A stretch of 64,000 bases of DNA from Promethearchaeota archaeon. GTDB taxonomy: Archaea > Asgardarchaeota > Lokiarchaeia > Sigyniarchaeales > SOKP01. Position 1 is the first letter of the stretch. Each line of letters begins with the position of its first letter. The stretch spans positions 44,216-108,215 of the forward strand of contig RDOA01000010.1 of the NCBI GenBank assembly GCA_011364925.1, in the 5' to 3' direction. The notes beneath the pieces were generated by a model. That model was not told where the DNA came from. It made no database searches and saw only the letters and a list, made by a program, of their open reading frames with translations. Below are positions 47,852 through 57,085 of the stretch, piece by piece. The position numbers and the translations under genes were made by a program.

Positions 47852-49672
47852 TTATTCTTCAGGTTCTTCTGAGGCTTCCTCGACTTGTGGTGGGGTATAT
47901 TCTCCAATATCTGGGAAAATGATTTTTGCTAATTCCCAACCTTCTTTTGATGGATATGTTAAAGCATTAGCTATCAATGTTTCACCTGTTTCGTTTGTAA
48001 ACTCAACTTTGTGAATTTCTGGATTATTCTTTAGAATTGATTCAAATTTAGCACCACTGCTTCCAGTTGGAACTATCAAAATTGCTGAGTCTATTGCTTT
48101 TTCATCAATAGCATCTTTTAATCTCTTAGCTGCGTAGTACCCTGCGACACCAGCACTTCTATCAAATGTTTTAATCGATGGAATTTCTAATCCCCATTTT
48201 TTACCGCTATACTCTACAAGTGCAGCTAAAGTTTGGCTTCTTTTTCCCATCATAAATTTATACTCCATTTGAGTGCTGAATTTCTTTTTCTTCTCTTCAC
48301 CTGCTTTTATAACGCTTTTTAAAGCTGCTCCCGCGACCGATGCTGGATTCACGTCTATGACATATTCTTCCTCTGCTAATATCTCTTCAATGGTCTTTTT
48401 AACGACATCTCTAGGTTTCGAAAAATCGACGATTTCTTCTGCTTCTTCTCGTCTAGGAGGTTTTGCAGTTGCTACTATATCTGCACTAGCTTCCAACAGT
48501 TCTTCTACGCTCATTTCCTCCGTGACCACTTTTTCGATGAACCTTCTACAGAGTTTTATCGAATTTCTAGGGTTTCCTTGGGTTTTTTCGTATATGATTT
48601 CGATTAATTTCTCGTTTAATGGGAATAATGGATACAATGGTGGACTTAAATTGTTATCCTCCCAAAACGCTTCCATCGACTTACTAAAGAAGATTTTCAA
48701 GTCATTTAAACTAAACGGCTTTAGTTCTTCCTCAGGTTCCATTCTTGATCTTAAAGGGGGATCAGCAATTTCTAAAATTCGTGGCCATATTTCTTTTAAC
48801 ACGGCAATGATTATAACCAATCCTTTAACTTCGTTATATAGCCTCTTCAAAATTTCGAGAAACTTTCTTTCAGCAGCTTCACCGAGCATTCTGTAAGGAG
48901 ACTCTAACTCATCGAAATAAAGGATCAAAACGCGATCCAAGTTTTCGGTTATAATTTTAATCATAGCTAAGCAAACATCGTCTTCTTCAACCACGGAGTT
49001 TATACCAAGATCGTTTAGTTCTTCTGGCTCAAGATCTTCTCCTAATAGCCATCTTTCTGCCAATGCTTTTTTAGTTTTATCTAATTGGTATGTCACTAAA
49101 GCTTTAACACAATCAGCAAATACACCGGGGAATTCTCTTATCCCTTTTTGAATAACTTCTTCAATTTTAGGTTTTGTAAATATCCCTCCCTTTTTACCTC
49201 CCCACTTTTCTCTTACCAATCTTTCTGAAACGATATCTAAGATTTCTGGACCGACTTCTTCTATTAAACAGGTGTAAACATGCAATAATACTCTAATAGA
49301 TGCAGGGGGACTAGGGATATAAATTATTGTCCAGTCTGTAGGTTCTAATTGACTCGTGTCTATTTCTTCTTCTTCGGCAGTTTCCTCTAATTTTTTTCTG
49401 TTTTCTCGTTCTTTATCTTTAAATGAGTGATAAGCGTGAGTTTTTCCAGTTCCAGCAGAACCTAAAATAGGGATTAATCGTGCAGATCTATCTCTATAAG
49501 TTTGACGTACTAATCTATACACTTCTCTGTCAATATAACTTCTTGGTCGAGAAATGTCAATTTTATCTGGTATATCACCTCGACTCACGAAATTTGAAAA
49601 AGGTAGAACGGGTGCTTCTCGTAATACATCCAGATACATTTCCTTATCGTCGTCTGAGAGTTCAGAATACAT
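47852..49672 (-). CDS. AAA+/P-loop ATPase (BrxD/DUF2791-like) with C-terminal alpha/beta domain
   Basis: GSAGTGKT, AERWLLGE, LYFDELE, LRSRM, GNPR. Confidence 0.8.
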   Translation of the reverse strand: MYSELSDDDKEMYLDVLREAPVLPFSNFVSRGDIPDKIDISRPRSYIDREVYRLVRQTYRDRSARLIPILGSAGTGKTHAYHSFKDKERENRKKLEETAEEEEIDTSQLEPTDWTIIYIPSPPASIRVLLHVYTCLIEEVGPEILDIVSERLVREKWGGKKGGIFTKPKIEEVIQKGIREFPGVFADCVKALVTYQLDKTKKALAERWLLGEDLEPEELNDLGINSVVEEDDVCLAMIKIITENLDRVLILYFDELESPYRMLGEAAERKFLEILKRLYNEVKGLVIIIAVLKEIWPRILEIADPPLRSRMEPEEELKPFSLNDLKIFFSKSMEAFWEDNNLSPPLYPLFPLNEKLIEIIYEKTQGNPRNSIKLCRRFIEKVVTEEMSVEELLEASADIVATAKPPRREEAEEIVDFSKPRDVVKKTIEEILAEEEYVIDVNPASVAGAALKSVIKAGEEKKKKFSTQMEYKFMMGKRSQTLAALVEYSGKKWGLEIPSIKTFDRSAGVAGYYAAKRLKDAIDEKAIDSAILIVPTGSSGAKFESILKNNPEIHKVEFTNETGETLIANALTYPSKEGWELAKIIFPDIGEYTPPQVEEASEEPEE

Positions 49673-49874
49673 ATAAATCTTCTCTTCTTAATTATTCTTA
49701 ATTTACTTGGATTTTATATAACAATTATTTTAGTTGGAATAAATTTATTAAACTTAACAATTTTTTCTAGATTATAAGCTATTATATATCTAGCTTTAGT
49801 ATACATATTTAAATTTAGATTTAAAAATTTATTTGTAATTAATATCTACATATATTTTACAAGGAAGTGAAAAG

Positions 49875-50519
49875 ATGTCGGGAAAAGACGATTATGATGA
49901 CGAAGATGACGAAGATGATGAAGATAAATATGACGATTTTTCTGAAATGTTCAAGGGTATAGGAGATCCAAGCAAAATATTTGGAAATTTCGACCCCGCT
50001 AAATTGCTCAATTCGAAAGAGTTTCAAAAAATGTTTAGAGAAATTTTTAAACAACTCGCGAAGAACCTACCAAAAGAATTGCAAGGGCTCTCTCCGGAAG
50101 AAATTACGAGAGAGTTTATGAAAAGGGGGCCAATTATGTATGGTTTTAATATAGGTTTCGGTCCGGATGGAAAACCCATAATGGATTCGTTTGGTAATCT
50201 CGAAAAGGAGCCAATTTCAGGTGAACGAAAAATTAGAAAAACAAGAGAGCCGCTTGTAGAAGTAAATGAAGAAGCGGATCAGATTATAATTATTGCCGAA
50301 ATGCCTGGAGTTAGTAAAGAAGATATACATTTAAATGCTACAAATAGATCTATTACTATTTCTACTGAAAAAATAGCTCAAGGTAGGACTTATTTTAAGG
50401 AAGTCGAATTACCCGCACCTATAAACTCAGACTATGCAAAAGCACGCTATACTAACGGTATCCTTGAAGTTCGGTTAAAGAAATTAAAAGAAAAAGGAAA
50501 ACCAATTGACATTGAATAA
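49875..50519 (+). CDS. hsp20: Archaeal small heat-shock protein Hsp20
   Basis: GPIMYGF..GPDGKP...FGN, REPLVEV, AEMPGV, YTNGILEV. Confidence 0.93.
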   Translation: MSGKDDYDDEDDEDDEDKYDDFSEMFKGIGDPSKIFGNFDPAKLLNSKEFQKMFREIFKQLAKNLPKELQGLSPEEITREFMKRGPIMYGFNIGFGPDGKPIMDSFGNLEKEPISGERKIRKTREPLVEVNEEADQIIIIAEMPGVSKEDIHLNATNRSITISTEKIAQGRTYFKEVELPAPINSDYAKARYTNGILEVRLKKLKEKGKPIDIE

Positions 50520-50644
50520 TGCTTTTAAGTTTATAGATTAACATTATTGAACCTAAAAAGCAATTCAATCCGGTTAACGGATATATTAGCAAATTTCCAA
50601 AAAAAATTAAGAAAATTTTAGAGGAATTTAAGAAAATTATTGTT

Positions 50645-50664
50645 CGTGAAACACCAATTTCACG
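50645..50664. promoter_or_regulatory. Inverted repeat CGTGAAA-N6-TTTCACG next to a TATA-like box
   Basis: Perfect 7-bp arms immediately before TTATATATA, upstream of the VOC gene. Confidence 0.4.
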
Positions 50665-50750
50665 CCCTTATATATATTTAGGTATACTATTCTAACTCAT
50701 ACCCTTATAATATATCTATATTATTGATTTAATTTTCAAAAGATGATAAT

Positions 50751-51158
50751 ATGGTTGATGAGATAGAACAGAAGAGTTTAATTCGAAAAATCGATTGTAT
50801 TAGGATACCAGTATCCGATCTTGAATCAGGACTAAGATTTTATAGTGATTCCCTTGGTCATGAACTAATTTGGCGTACGGAAACGAGTGCTGGTTTACGA
50901 ATTCCTGAGAGTAAAGCAGAATTAGTGATACATACAGAACAAGATGAGTTTGAGGTTGATCTCACAGTAAATTTGGTAGAGGTTGCAGCCGAACGATTTG
51001 TGAAAGCTGGAGGATCAATCGTTACAGGACCATTTGAAATTCCAATAGGGAAATGCGTTATAGTGGAAGATCCCTGGGGGAATAGACTAGTCTTTCTTGA
51101 TAATAGTAAAGGAACCTTTATAACAGACGATTACGGCAAAGTTATTGGCTTGCATTAA
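50751..51158 (+). CDS. VOC/glyoxalase-family protein
   Basis: IPVSDL..GLRFY...LG, AGG.IV.GPFEIP.G, DPWGN. Confidence 0.88.
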   Translation: MVDEIEQKSLIRKIDCIRIPVSDLESGLRFYSDSLGHELIWRTETSAGLRIPESKAELVIHTEQDEFEVDLTVNLVEVAAERFVKAGGSIVTGPFEIPIGKCVIVEDPWGNRLVFLDNSKGTFITDDYGKVIGLH

Positions 51159-51185
51159 GAAATATTGAAGTTATAAGAGCCTTAA

Positions 51186-52136
51186 CTAGGCCTGTTTAAG
51201 AATATTTTCTTTTATAGTTTCAATGAAAGCATCATTCAATATGTTAGTTCTTTTGAAGATTGGAGAGTACTTAAAACCTGCTCGTTCGTTATGACCTCCT
51301 CCATCAAAATTTCTAGCGAACTCTCTACAGTTAATAAAATCGCTATAGATAATGATGTCGTTATTTCGTGTATCAATACCTATGAAAGCTTTTGCATTGG
51401 TGTATTTTTGCTTTAATATTCTAGTTATTCTCCCTCCCCCAATTTTTGCCCAAGAAACAATTACATCACCAAAAAATTCCACTGGAAGAACAATTGAGCG
51501 ATTTAAGGACGAAGCAGATTCTTCCTCAAGCCATTTATTTAAAATGCTTAATTGTTCTGTAAACCATGGATTATCGAAGTCACCAAGAGAAAGTAATCTT
51601 ACGATTTCATGCTTATTTTGATCGTTTTGGGCTCCTCGATTGAAACCGATTATGGATTGAATATCTGAAGCTTGTTTATGCTGATCTGTTCTAAAATCTG
51701 TATCTCTTGCAAAATCAGCGATTTTAGACGCGACTTGGTCATCTCTTAAGTAGTGTTCTTTCACAATTTCAGCAGCGCATCTCTTTGGATCGTTTATGTA
51801 GATGGAAATTAGGTTCTTAATTTCTCCTTTTATTGATGGATCTACAATGTGGTGATCAAACCAGCATATCGTACACCCTTTACTCTTTGCCTCCCCAAAG
51901 AGAGGAAAGACTTCTTTAAATGAATCGTTAAAACCCATATCGGAAATAATCAACTGCGAAGGAACCGATTCCTTTTTTAAAATGCTTTTAATTTTTTCAA
52001 CAAAATCAGTGTAATCTGCAAAAAAATAATTAATTTCGCCACTCTGGATTTCGGCTTTTAAAGTAAAATAACGCTGAATAATTGCTTGTGAACCTAATCC
52101 GTCAAGATCGTGTTCATGGGTCAGTGATACTATCAT
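51186..52136 (-). CDS. DHH/DHHA1-family phosphoesterase
   Basis: THEHDLDG, ISD, FDHH, GGGHNERAG. Confidence 0.9.
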   Translation of the reverse strand: MIVSLTHEHDLDGLGSQAIIQRYFTLKAEIQSGEINYFFADYTDFVEKIKSILKKESVPSQLIISDMGFNDSFKEVFPLFGEAKSKGCTICWFDHHIVDPSIKGEIKNLISIYINDPKRCAAEIVKEHYLRDDQVASKIADFARDTDFRTDQHKQASDIQSIIGFNRGAQNDQNKHEIVRLLSLGDFDNPWFTEQLSILNKWLEEESASSLNRSIVLPVEFFGDVIVSWAKIGGGRITRILKQKYTNAKAFIGIDTRNNDIIIYSDFINCREFARNFDGGGHNERAGFKYSPIFKRTNILNDAFIETIKENILKQA

Positions 52137-52201
52137 TCTTAATAGGATAACCCCAGAAGATTAATTAAACGATAACAGTACTTTTATTTTTCAATTTTTA
52201 A

Positions 52202-52654
52202 TTAAAATAAATCTAAATAAGGTTCGACTTTTTCCCTACTTCCGTTAGCGCATACAAATTCAAGAATCTTCTTTGCTAACTCTTTTTTCTTTTCGAAATA
52301 GATTTTCATGTATTCTTCTCGGGTTTTATCAGGATATCTTATTTCTAACGCCGGATCTCTTCTCGAACACCCACCACGACGCATACAACAATACGATATT
52401 GATCCAAAACATACAAGATCAGAATCCCAATCGTTTTCTTTGGAAAATTCCTCTTTAATTTTTATAAAATCTTCTTGACTCAGCCCTATCTCCTGTAAAG
52501 CTTCATCTCTACGACATTTATAACCAAATGTTAGTGAATGCCCTGGCTTACAGCAGAAAGTCAATCCTCGACAATCAGCATCCATACAAATATGAATCGG
52601 AGCATTTTCCCACCCGGGTATGTTACGAAGTTTGTCTGGATCTAAATCGACCAT
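52202..52654 (-). CDS. Stand-alone methanogenesis marker 9-like Cys-rich domain protein
   Basis: APIHICMDADCRGLTFCCKP...CFGSISYCC...C.RRD. Confidence 0.75.
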   Translation of the reverse strand: MVDLDPDKLRNIPGWENAPIHICMDADCRGLTFCCKPGHSLTFGYKCRRDEALQEIGLSQEDFIKIKEEFSKENDWDSDLVCFGSISYCCMRRGGCSRRDPALEIRYPDKTREEYMKIYFEKKKELAKKILEFVCANGSREKVEPYLDLF

Positions 52655-52778
52655 AGTTAAAATCTAAGATGTATCGTTAAGTTGTAATTTAAAATCTTTT
52701 AAAAGATATTAATTTTCCACCTTATATGTCTTAAAATTTTCATTCGAGTAAATAAATTGAACTTATAAAATATAAGAG

Positions 52779-52937
52779 GGCCCGATGCGGGAATTGAACC
52801 CGCCTTTCCCCAGTAATAAGGATATTCTTACACTTCTAGGGATTCACATAAGGGAATTTAGTTAGCAGCACATAACTTGTCCCCAATATTAGTTGGATCG
52901 ACTTTCTCTTTCCACTAACCACTATACGAACCGGGCC
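52779..52937 (-). tRNA. trnH: tRNA-His(GUG) with encoded G-1 and three BHB introns: 52889-52914 (22/23), 52849-52878 (32/33), 52806-52835 (45/46)
   Basis: Spliced sequence G GCCCGGT TC GTAT AGTGGTTA G|TAT T GGGGA C|T GTG AA TCCCT AG|AG GCGGG TTCAATT CCCGC ATCGGGC C folds as a cloverleaf with G-1:C73; each junction has a BHB. Confidence 0.93.
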
Positions 52938-52961
52938 AATGTAAAGTTTGTTAAGAGTATG

Positions 52962-52969
52962 TTATATAA
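52962..52969 (-). promoter_or_regulatory. TATA box of the tRNA-His gene
   Basis: TTATATAA 25-32 nt upstream of the tRNA 5' end. Confidence 0.6.
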
Positions 52970-53004
52970 TATAGCCTATTAAAAAAAAATTTTCTGTTTT
53001 GTTT

Positions 53005-53589
53005 TTATTTTCCTTTTACTTTAATCGTTGAAAGGAGATAGCTTAAAAATTGATTAATGGCATCTTTTAAATCTCCAGAATTATCAATAATAATGTCAGC
53101 GTAAGAATAAGTTTGGTTTTCTTTTGCTCTTTGAATTCTTTCCTCTAATCTCCTTCCGCTTTCTCTTGCGCGTTCCTTAACTCTTTTAAGCGTAATTTCA
53201 AAAGGAACTTCTATAAAAGCAACTACCATATTTGAATAGATTTCACGAGCTTTTTGTACAATTAATCTACTGACATTAACTAGGACGGGATGACCTTTTT
53301 TCAACCATTCATCAATTTCTATTGGAACACCATAATCAAGACCGTAAATATGCCATTCTAATGCAAATTTTCCTTGCGATGACATTTCTTTAAATTCTTC
53401 TGGCGAAATTGCTATATTGCTTTCAGTTTCAGAAGTAGGTCTCGTTATAAATCTTTGGGCAAGATATAGAGGTTTTAATTCTGTAGGGAATCTTTCTTTT
53501 AAACCCCTCATGATAGAATCTTTACCAGATCCGGAGTTACCTACAATTAGAACTAACAATCCAGGAAAATTCTTTTCATTTTTATTCAA
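53005..53589 (-). CDS. phnN: Ribose 1,5-bisphosphate phosphokinase
   Basis: VGNSGSGKDS, RFITRP, FALEWHIYGLDYG, VNVSR, IDNSG. Confidence 0.88.
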   Translation of the reverse strand: MNKNEKNFPGLLVLIVGNSGSGKDSIMRGLKERFPTELKPLYLAQRFITRPTSETESNIAISPEEFKEMSSQGKFALEWHIYGLDYGVPIEIDEWLKKGHPVLVNVSRLIVQKAREIYSNMVVAFIEVPFEITLKRVKERARESGRRLEERIQRAKENQTYSYADIIIDNSGDLKDAINQFLSYLLSTIKVKGK

Positions 53590-53723
53590 GAGCGTTCAAA
53601 AGAAATCAAATTTGCATCTTTATTAAGTCTATTCCCATTCTCCCATTTTCAAATTATTTTAAAAACATTTTTAAGAATATATTGTGTTATCCATAATGTA
53701 AAAGCGATATTCGTTCGTAAAAA

Positions 53724-54137
53724 ATGCCTAAGAATAAAGAAAATCCCGAAATTTCAGAAGTCCCAGAGAGTTATCAGCGATATTTAGACATTATCTTTAA
53801 TATATCGAAAAAGAAAAAAGGAGGATGGGTAATGAATAAAGAGATTGCTGAAAACCTCCAGGTTGAGCCGGCCTCAGTTTCTGGGATGCTTAAGAAATTG
53901 AAAAGAAAGCATCTAATAAAATGGGAACCTCGAAAATCTATTAGACTTACTGAAAAGGGAAAAAGATACGCGTTACAATTGGAAGAGACTCATGATTTAC
54001 TGCGAATCTTTTTTAAAGACATTTTAAAAATTGAGGATGAAGAAATTGTCGAGAAAATTTCGTGCGAGATAGAACACCACATAACTCAAGATGTAAAAAC
54101 ATCTCTTCGCGACTTTATTTTAAAAAATCATGATTAG
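53724..54137 (+). CDS. DtxR/MntR-family metal-dependent regulator
   Basis: YLDII, EIAE.L.V.PASVS.ML.KL, LTEKG, CEIEH. Confidence 0.9.
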   Translation: MPKNKENPEISEVPESYQRYLDIIFNISKKKKGGWVMNKEIAENLQVEPASVSGMLKKLKRKHLIKWEPRKSIRLTEKGKRYALQLEETHDLLRIFFKDILKIEDEEIVEKISCEIEHHITQDVKTSLRDFILKNHD

Positions 54138-54181
54138 GTTTAATTATAATTGATGCTTTTTTGATTTAATATAATTTTAAA

Positions 54182-54946
54182 ATGATTTTGGTCATGCCCG
54201 TAACATTAAGTCAAAAGATAAAAGTTGTAGAAGAATATTTTCAAGGATTTACTAATTATCTTGAACTTGAAGACTTTCGTTCTTTTCTATTATTGACATT
54301 AACTAGCCAAGCTCCAATGAATATTATGGCTCAACTTGGCTTAGGTGGGAGTAAGGATGTAATTAATTTACCTTACGATCCTGATGCTAAGATATATTAC
54401 CATAAAATTAACTTGATGACATCAACTTCTTTAGTATTATATGTTAAGTCTGATCCAATTACAGAAAAGTTCGTGTTGGAAAAGGATGATGAAACTTTTA
54501 AAAAATTCTTAAGTTTGAGTGAAATCGAACTTGCTTTTAGAGGTAAAGAAAAATTCTTATTTCCTAAGATCAGCGATTGCAGCATTTTAGGCGATTCCAA
54601 TCTTAATATTAAGATTGATGATTTATTTCACGACTTAAAATCATTTATTTCCTTTACTCAACCTAATGTCCTTTTCGTAATGGAAGCCTTAGATTCTTCC
54701 AAACCTGATTTACTATTCACGTTTAACATGATGCCCCAATTGCCAAACAAATTAGACGAAAATATGCTTCAAGTTGACGTTTTTTTAGATAAAGATAAAA
54801 AAACGCGCAATATTAACTTTTTAAAGCGAGAAAAGGATTATAATATAACTTTTCTAAAAGATATAAAAGAGATGAGCCATGCTGAGCTTTATACATCGGC
54901 ATTTTCTCTGATTCTGCATATTAAATCGCTAAATCCACCAAAGTAA
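54182..54946 (+). CDS. Hypothetical protein
   Basis: 254-aa ORF filling the gap; no motif recognised; ATG 54194 is an alternative start. Confidence 0.7.
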   Translation: MILVMPVTLSQKIKVVEEYFQGFTNYLELEDFRSFLLLTLTSQAPMNIMAQLGLGGSKDVINLPYDPDAKIYYHKINLMTSTSLVLYVKSDPITEKFVLEKDDETFKKFLSLSEIELAFRGKEKFLFPKISDCSILGDSNLNIKIDDLFHDLKSFISFTQPNVLFVMEALDSSKPDLLFTFNMMPQLPNKLDENMLQVDVFLDKDKKTRNINFLKREKDYNITFLKDIKEMSHAELYTSAFSLILHIKSLNPPK

Positions 54947-55126
54947 ATTAAATCACTAATTTTTCTTATATATTAATGAATTAATGAGTCTTATTCGTAA
55001 AAGATTAAGCAGTTAACACCATTAAGGTATTAATACTCTTAATTTATAAATCATCCGACGAAATATGATAATTAATCAGAAAATAATATCGTCGTATTTA
55101 CATTATAAATAAATTAAGGGTTGAAT

Positions 55127-55327
55127 ATGATGAAGATAATTACAATAAACTTACCTGAGAAGTATTTAGAGGCAATTCAAACTTTAAACGATTTAGGAGT
55201 ATATCCTAGCAGAAGCGAAGCAATAAGAACAGCATTAAGTGAGTTTTTAGAGCACGAGTTAAAAATGTTCGACAATTTGGAGGAAAATACATTTAGAATG
55301 CTTATCAGGAGCAATAAAAAAAACTGA
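55127..55327 (+). CDS. CopG/ribbon-helix-helix transcription factor
   Basis: MKIITINLPEKYL...G.YPSRSEAIR.AL. Confidence 0.9.
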   Translation: MMKIITINLPEKYLEAIQTLNDLGVYPSRSEAIRTALSEFLEHELKMFDNLEENTFRMLIRSNKKN

Positions 55328-55362
55328 TATCTTTTTTCTCTTATTTTTTTATTTCTGATCTT

Positions 55363-55827
55363 TTAATCTACATTTACTACAATTTTACATTTGTTACATC
55401 TCTTTGCTCCTCTAAATAGTGGATTTCCACAATCTGGGCAATGATATCTTTTCCTTTCTTCTTCCACGAATTTCTCTGTACCATACTCGCGCCAGAATGG
55501 AATCGCTCTAAGAATAACCTTTTTACCTACTGGAATTGGAAAATTTTCAACAAATTTACAAGGAAAATCATTGCATTGATAACAACCGTCTATATTCCGT
55601 TCTTTGCAACATTTCTTAATCGGGCATGCTCTACATACTGGAAAGACAATATCGTCAGATAGGCATCCTGTACATGCGATGTCGCCAACATCCTTTGCAA
55701 AGGCTTTATAAACAGGTAATAATTTCTCTTTAAATTTAGTGTTGTTTTCTTGATGAGCAATATATATCGAACACACGCCACACCATAACCCACACGGTGC
55801 GAGTAATTCTTTTTTCACTTGAGTCAT
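55363..55827 (-). CDS. DUF3795-like Cys-rich protein
   Basis: APCGLWCGVC, CTGC, C.IKKCC, CYQCNDFPC, CPDCG, CNKC. Confidence 0.82.
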   Translation of the reverse strand: MTQVKKELLAPCGLWCGVCSIYIAHQENNTKFKEKLLPVYKAFAKDVGDIACTGCLSDDIVFPVCRACPIKKCCKERNIDGCYQCNDFPCKFVENFPIPVGKKVILRAIPFWREYGTEKFVEEERKRYHCPDCGNPLFRGAKRCNKCKIVVNVD

Positions 55828-55969
55828 TTTTTCAATCACAATATCTTTTATAGTTTATGTAAAATATTGTCTTTATTAAATTTAAGATATTAAATTTAAA
55901 TTGGAAAACAATCTAATACACAACATAATTACACAATTAATTTTCATTCGAACAGAGTTTGAACCTAGC

Positions 55970-57022
55970 ATGAAGATTGCTCGATATTATAGTAATAATG
56001 ACGTTAGACTTGACGAAATGCCAAAACCATCAATTGGACCAGGAGAATTATTAGTGAAAGTCAAGAAATCAGGAATTTGTGGTTCAGATGTGTTAGAATA
56101 TTATCGATTTGCAAAAATGAAAAAATTAGGCGTAGATAGTTTAATTCTTGGACATGAGATTGCTGGAGATATTGTAGAGGTAGGAACTGGTGTGAAGGGA
56201 TATAAAATAGGAGATCGTGTATTTGTTTCTCATCATGTTCCGTGTTTTAATTGCTATGACTGCGACCACGGACACCATACTGCGTGTGATCTTCTCCATA
56301 ACACCAATTTTGACCCAGGAGGTTTTTCCGAATTTGTAAGAATCCCACACATAAACTTAGAAAAAAGAGGCGTGTTTGTTTTAGACGATTCCGTCTCTTA
56401 CGAACAAGGAGTATTTATAGAACCACTTGGGTGTGTTTGCCGAGCACAAAGATTAATTAATGTTGGAAAAGGTCTGACGGTTTTAATATTAGGAAGCGGA
56501 GTATCAGGAATCCTACATGCCCAACTTGCTAAACTTAGAGGAGCCAAAAAAGTCTTTGCGACTGACATTAGCGATTATAGGTTAAATGTAATAAGTAAGT
56601 TTGGAGCTGATAAAACACTTCATGCTAGTGAAGATATTCCTTCAAAACTTCTAGAACTCAACGATAATAGATTAGCCGATATAGTAATTGTATGCACAGG
56701 AGCTTTATCAGCAGCGAAACAAGCGTTAAAGTGTGTAGCCGCTGGAGGAAAAATTCTATTTTTCGCAGTTCCAGGTCCTGGTGTCAATTTAGAGGTTCCA
56801 ATAAACGATTACTGGAGAAACGAGATAACAATTACTACTTCATACGGTGCTGCGCCTGACGATCTCCAAGAGTCCTATGTGTGGATACTATCTAAAAAGA
56901 TTAATGTTGCCGATTTAATCACTCATAGATTTCCTCTAAATAAAGCAGGTGAGGCTTTTAAAGTCGTAACTGAAGCATCAGAATCGTTAAAAGTGATTAT
57001 CGAACCTACTATAGAAGAATAG
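55970..57022 (+). CDS. Zn-dependent medium-chain alcohol/polyol dehydrogenase
   Basis: GICGSD, LGHE, CFNCYDC...C, EPLGC, LGSGVSG; ATG 55970 preferred. Confidence 0.9.
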   Translation: MKIARYYSNNDVRLDEMPKPSIGPGELLVKVKKSGICGSDVLEYYRFAKMKKLGVDSLILGHEIAGDIVEVGTGVKGYKIGDRVFVSHHVPCFNCYDCDHGHHTACDLLHNTNFDPGGFSEFVRIPHINLEKRGVFVLDDSVSYEQGVFIEPLGCVCRAQRLINVGKGLTVLILGSGVSGILHAQLAKLRGAKKVFATDISDYRLNVISKFGADKTLHASEDIPSKLLELNDNRLADIVIVCTGALSAAKQALKCVAAGGKILFFAVPGPGVNLEVPINDYWRNEITITTSYGAAPDDLQESYVWILSKKINVADLITHRFPLNKAGEAFKVVTEASESLKVIIEPTIEE

Positions 57023-57085
57023 ATCAACTCTAGTTAAAAGTTTTTTTTTAAGAGGGACATTTTTTTTAAAAAAAGGAAAAAAAAG

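Noticed and set aside
48273-48896. 207-aa plus-strand ORF
   Set aside because: Antisense shadow of the AAA+ ATPase; Ser/Phe-rich composition typical of reverse-frame translation
49884-49935. GATGAC/GAAGAT low-complexity repeat
   Set aside because: Simply encodes the acidic N-terminus of Hsp20
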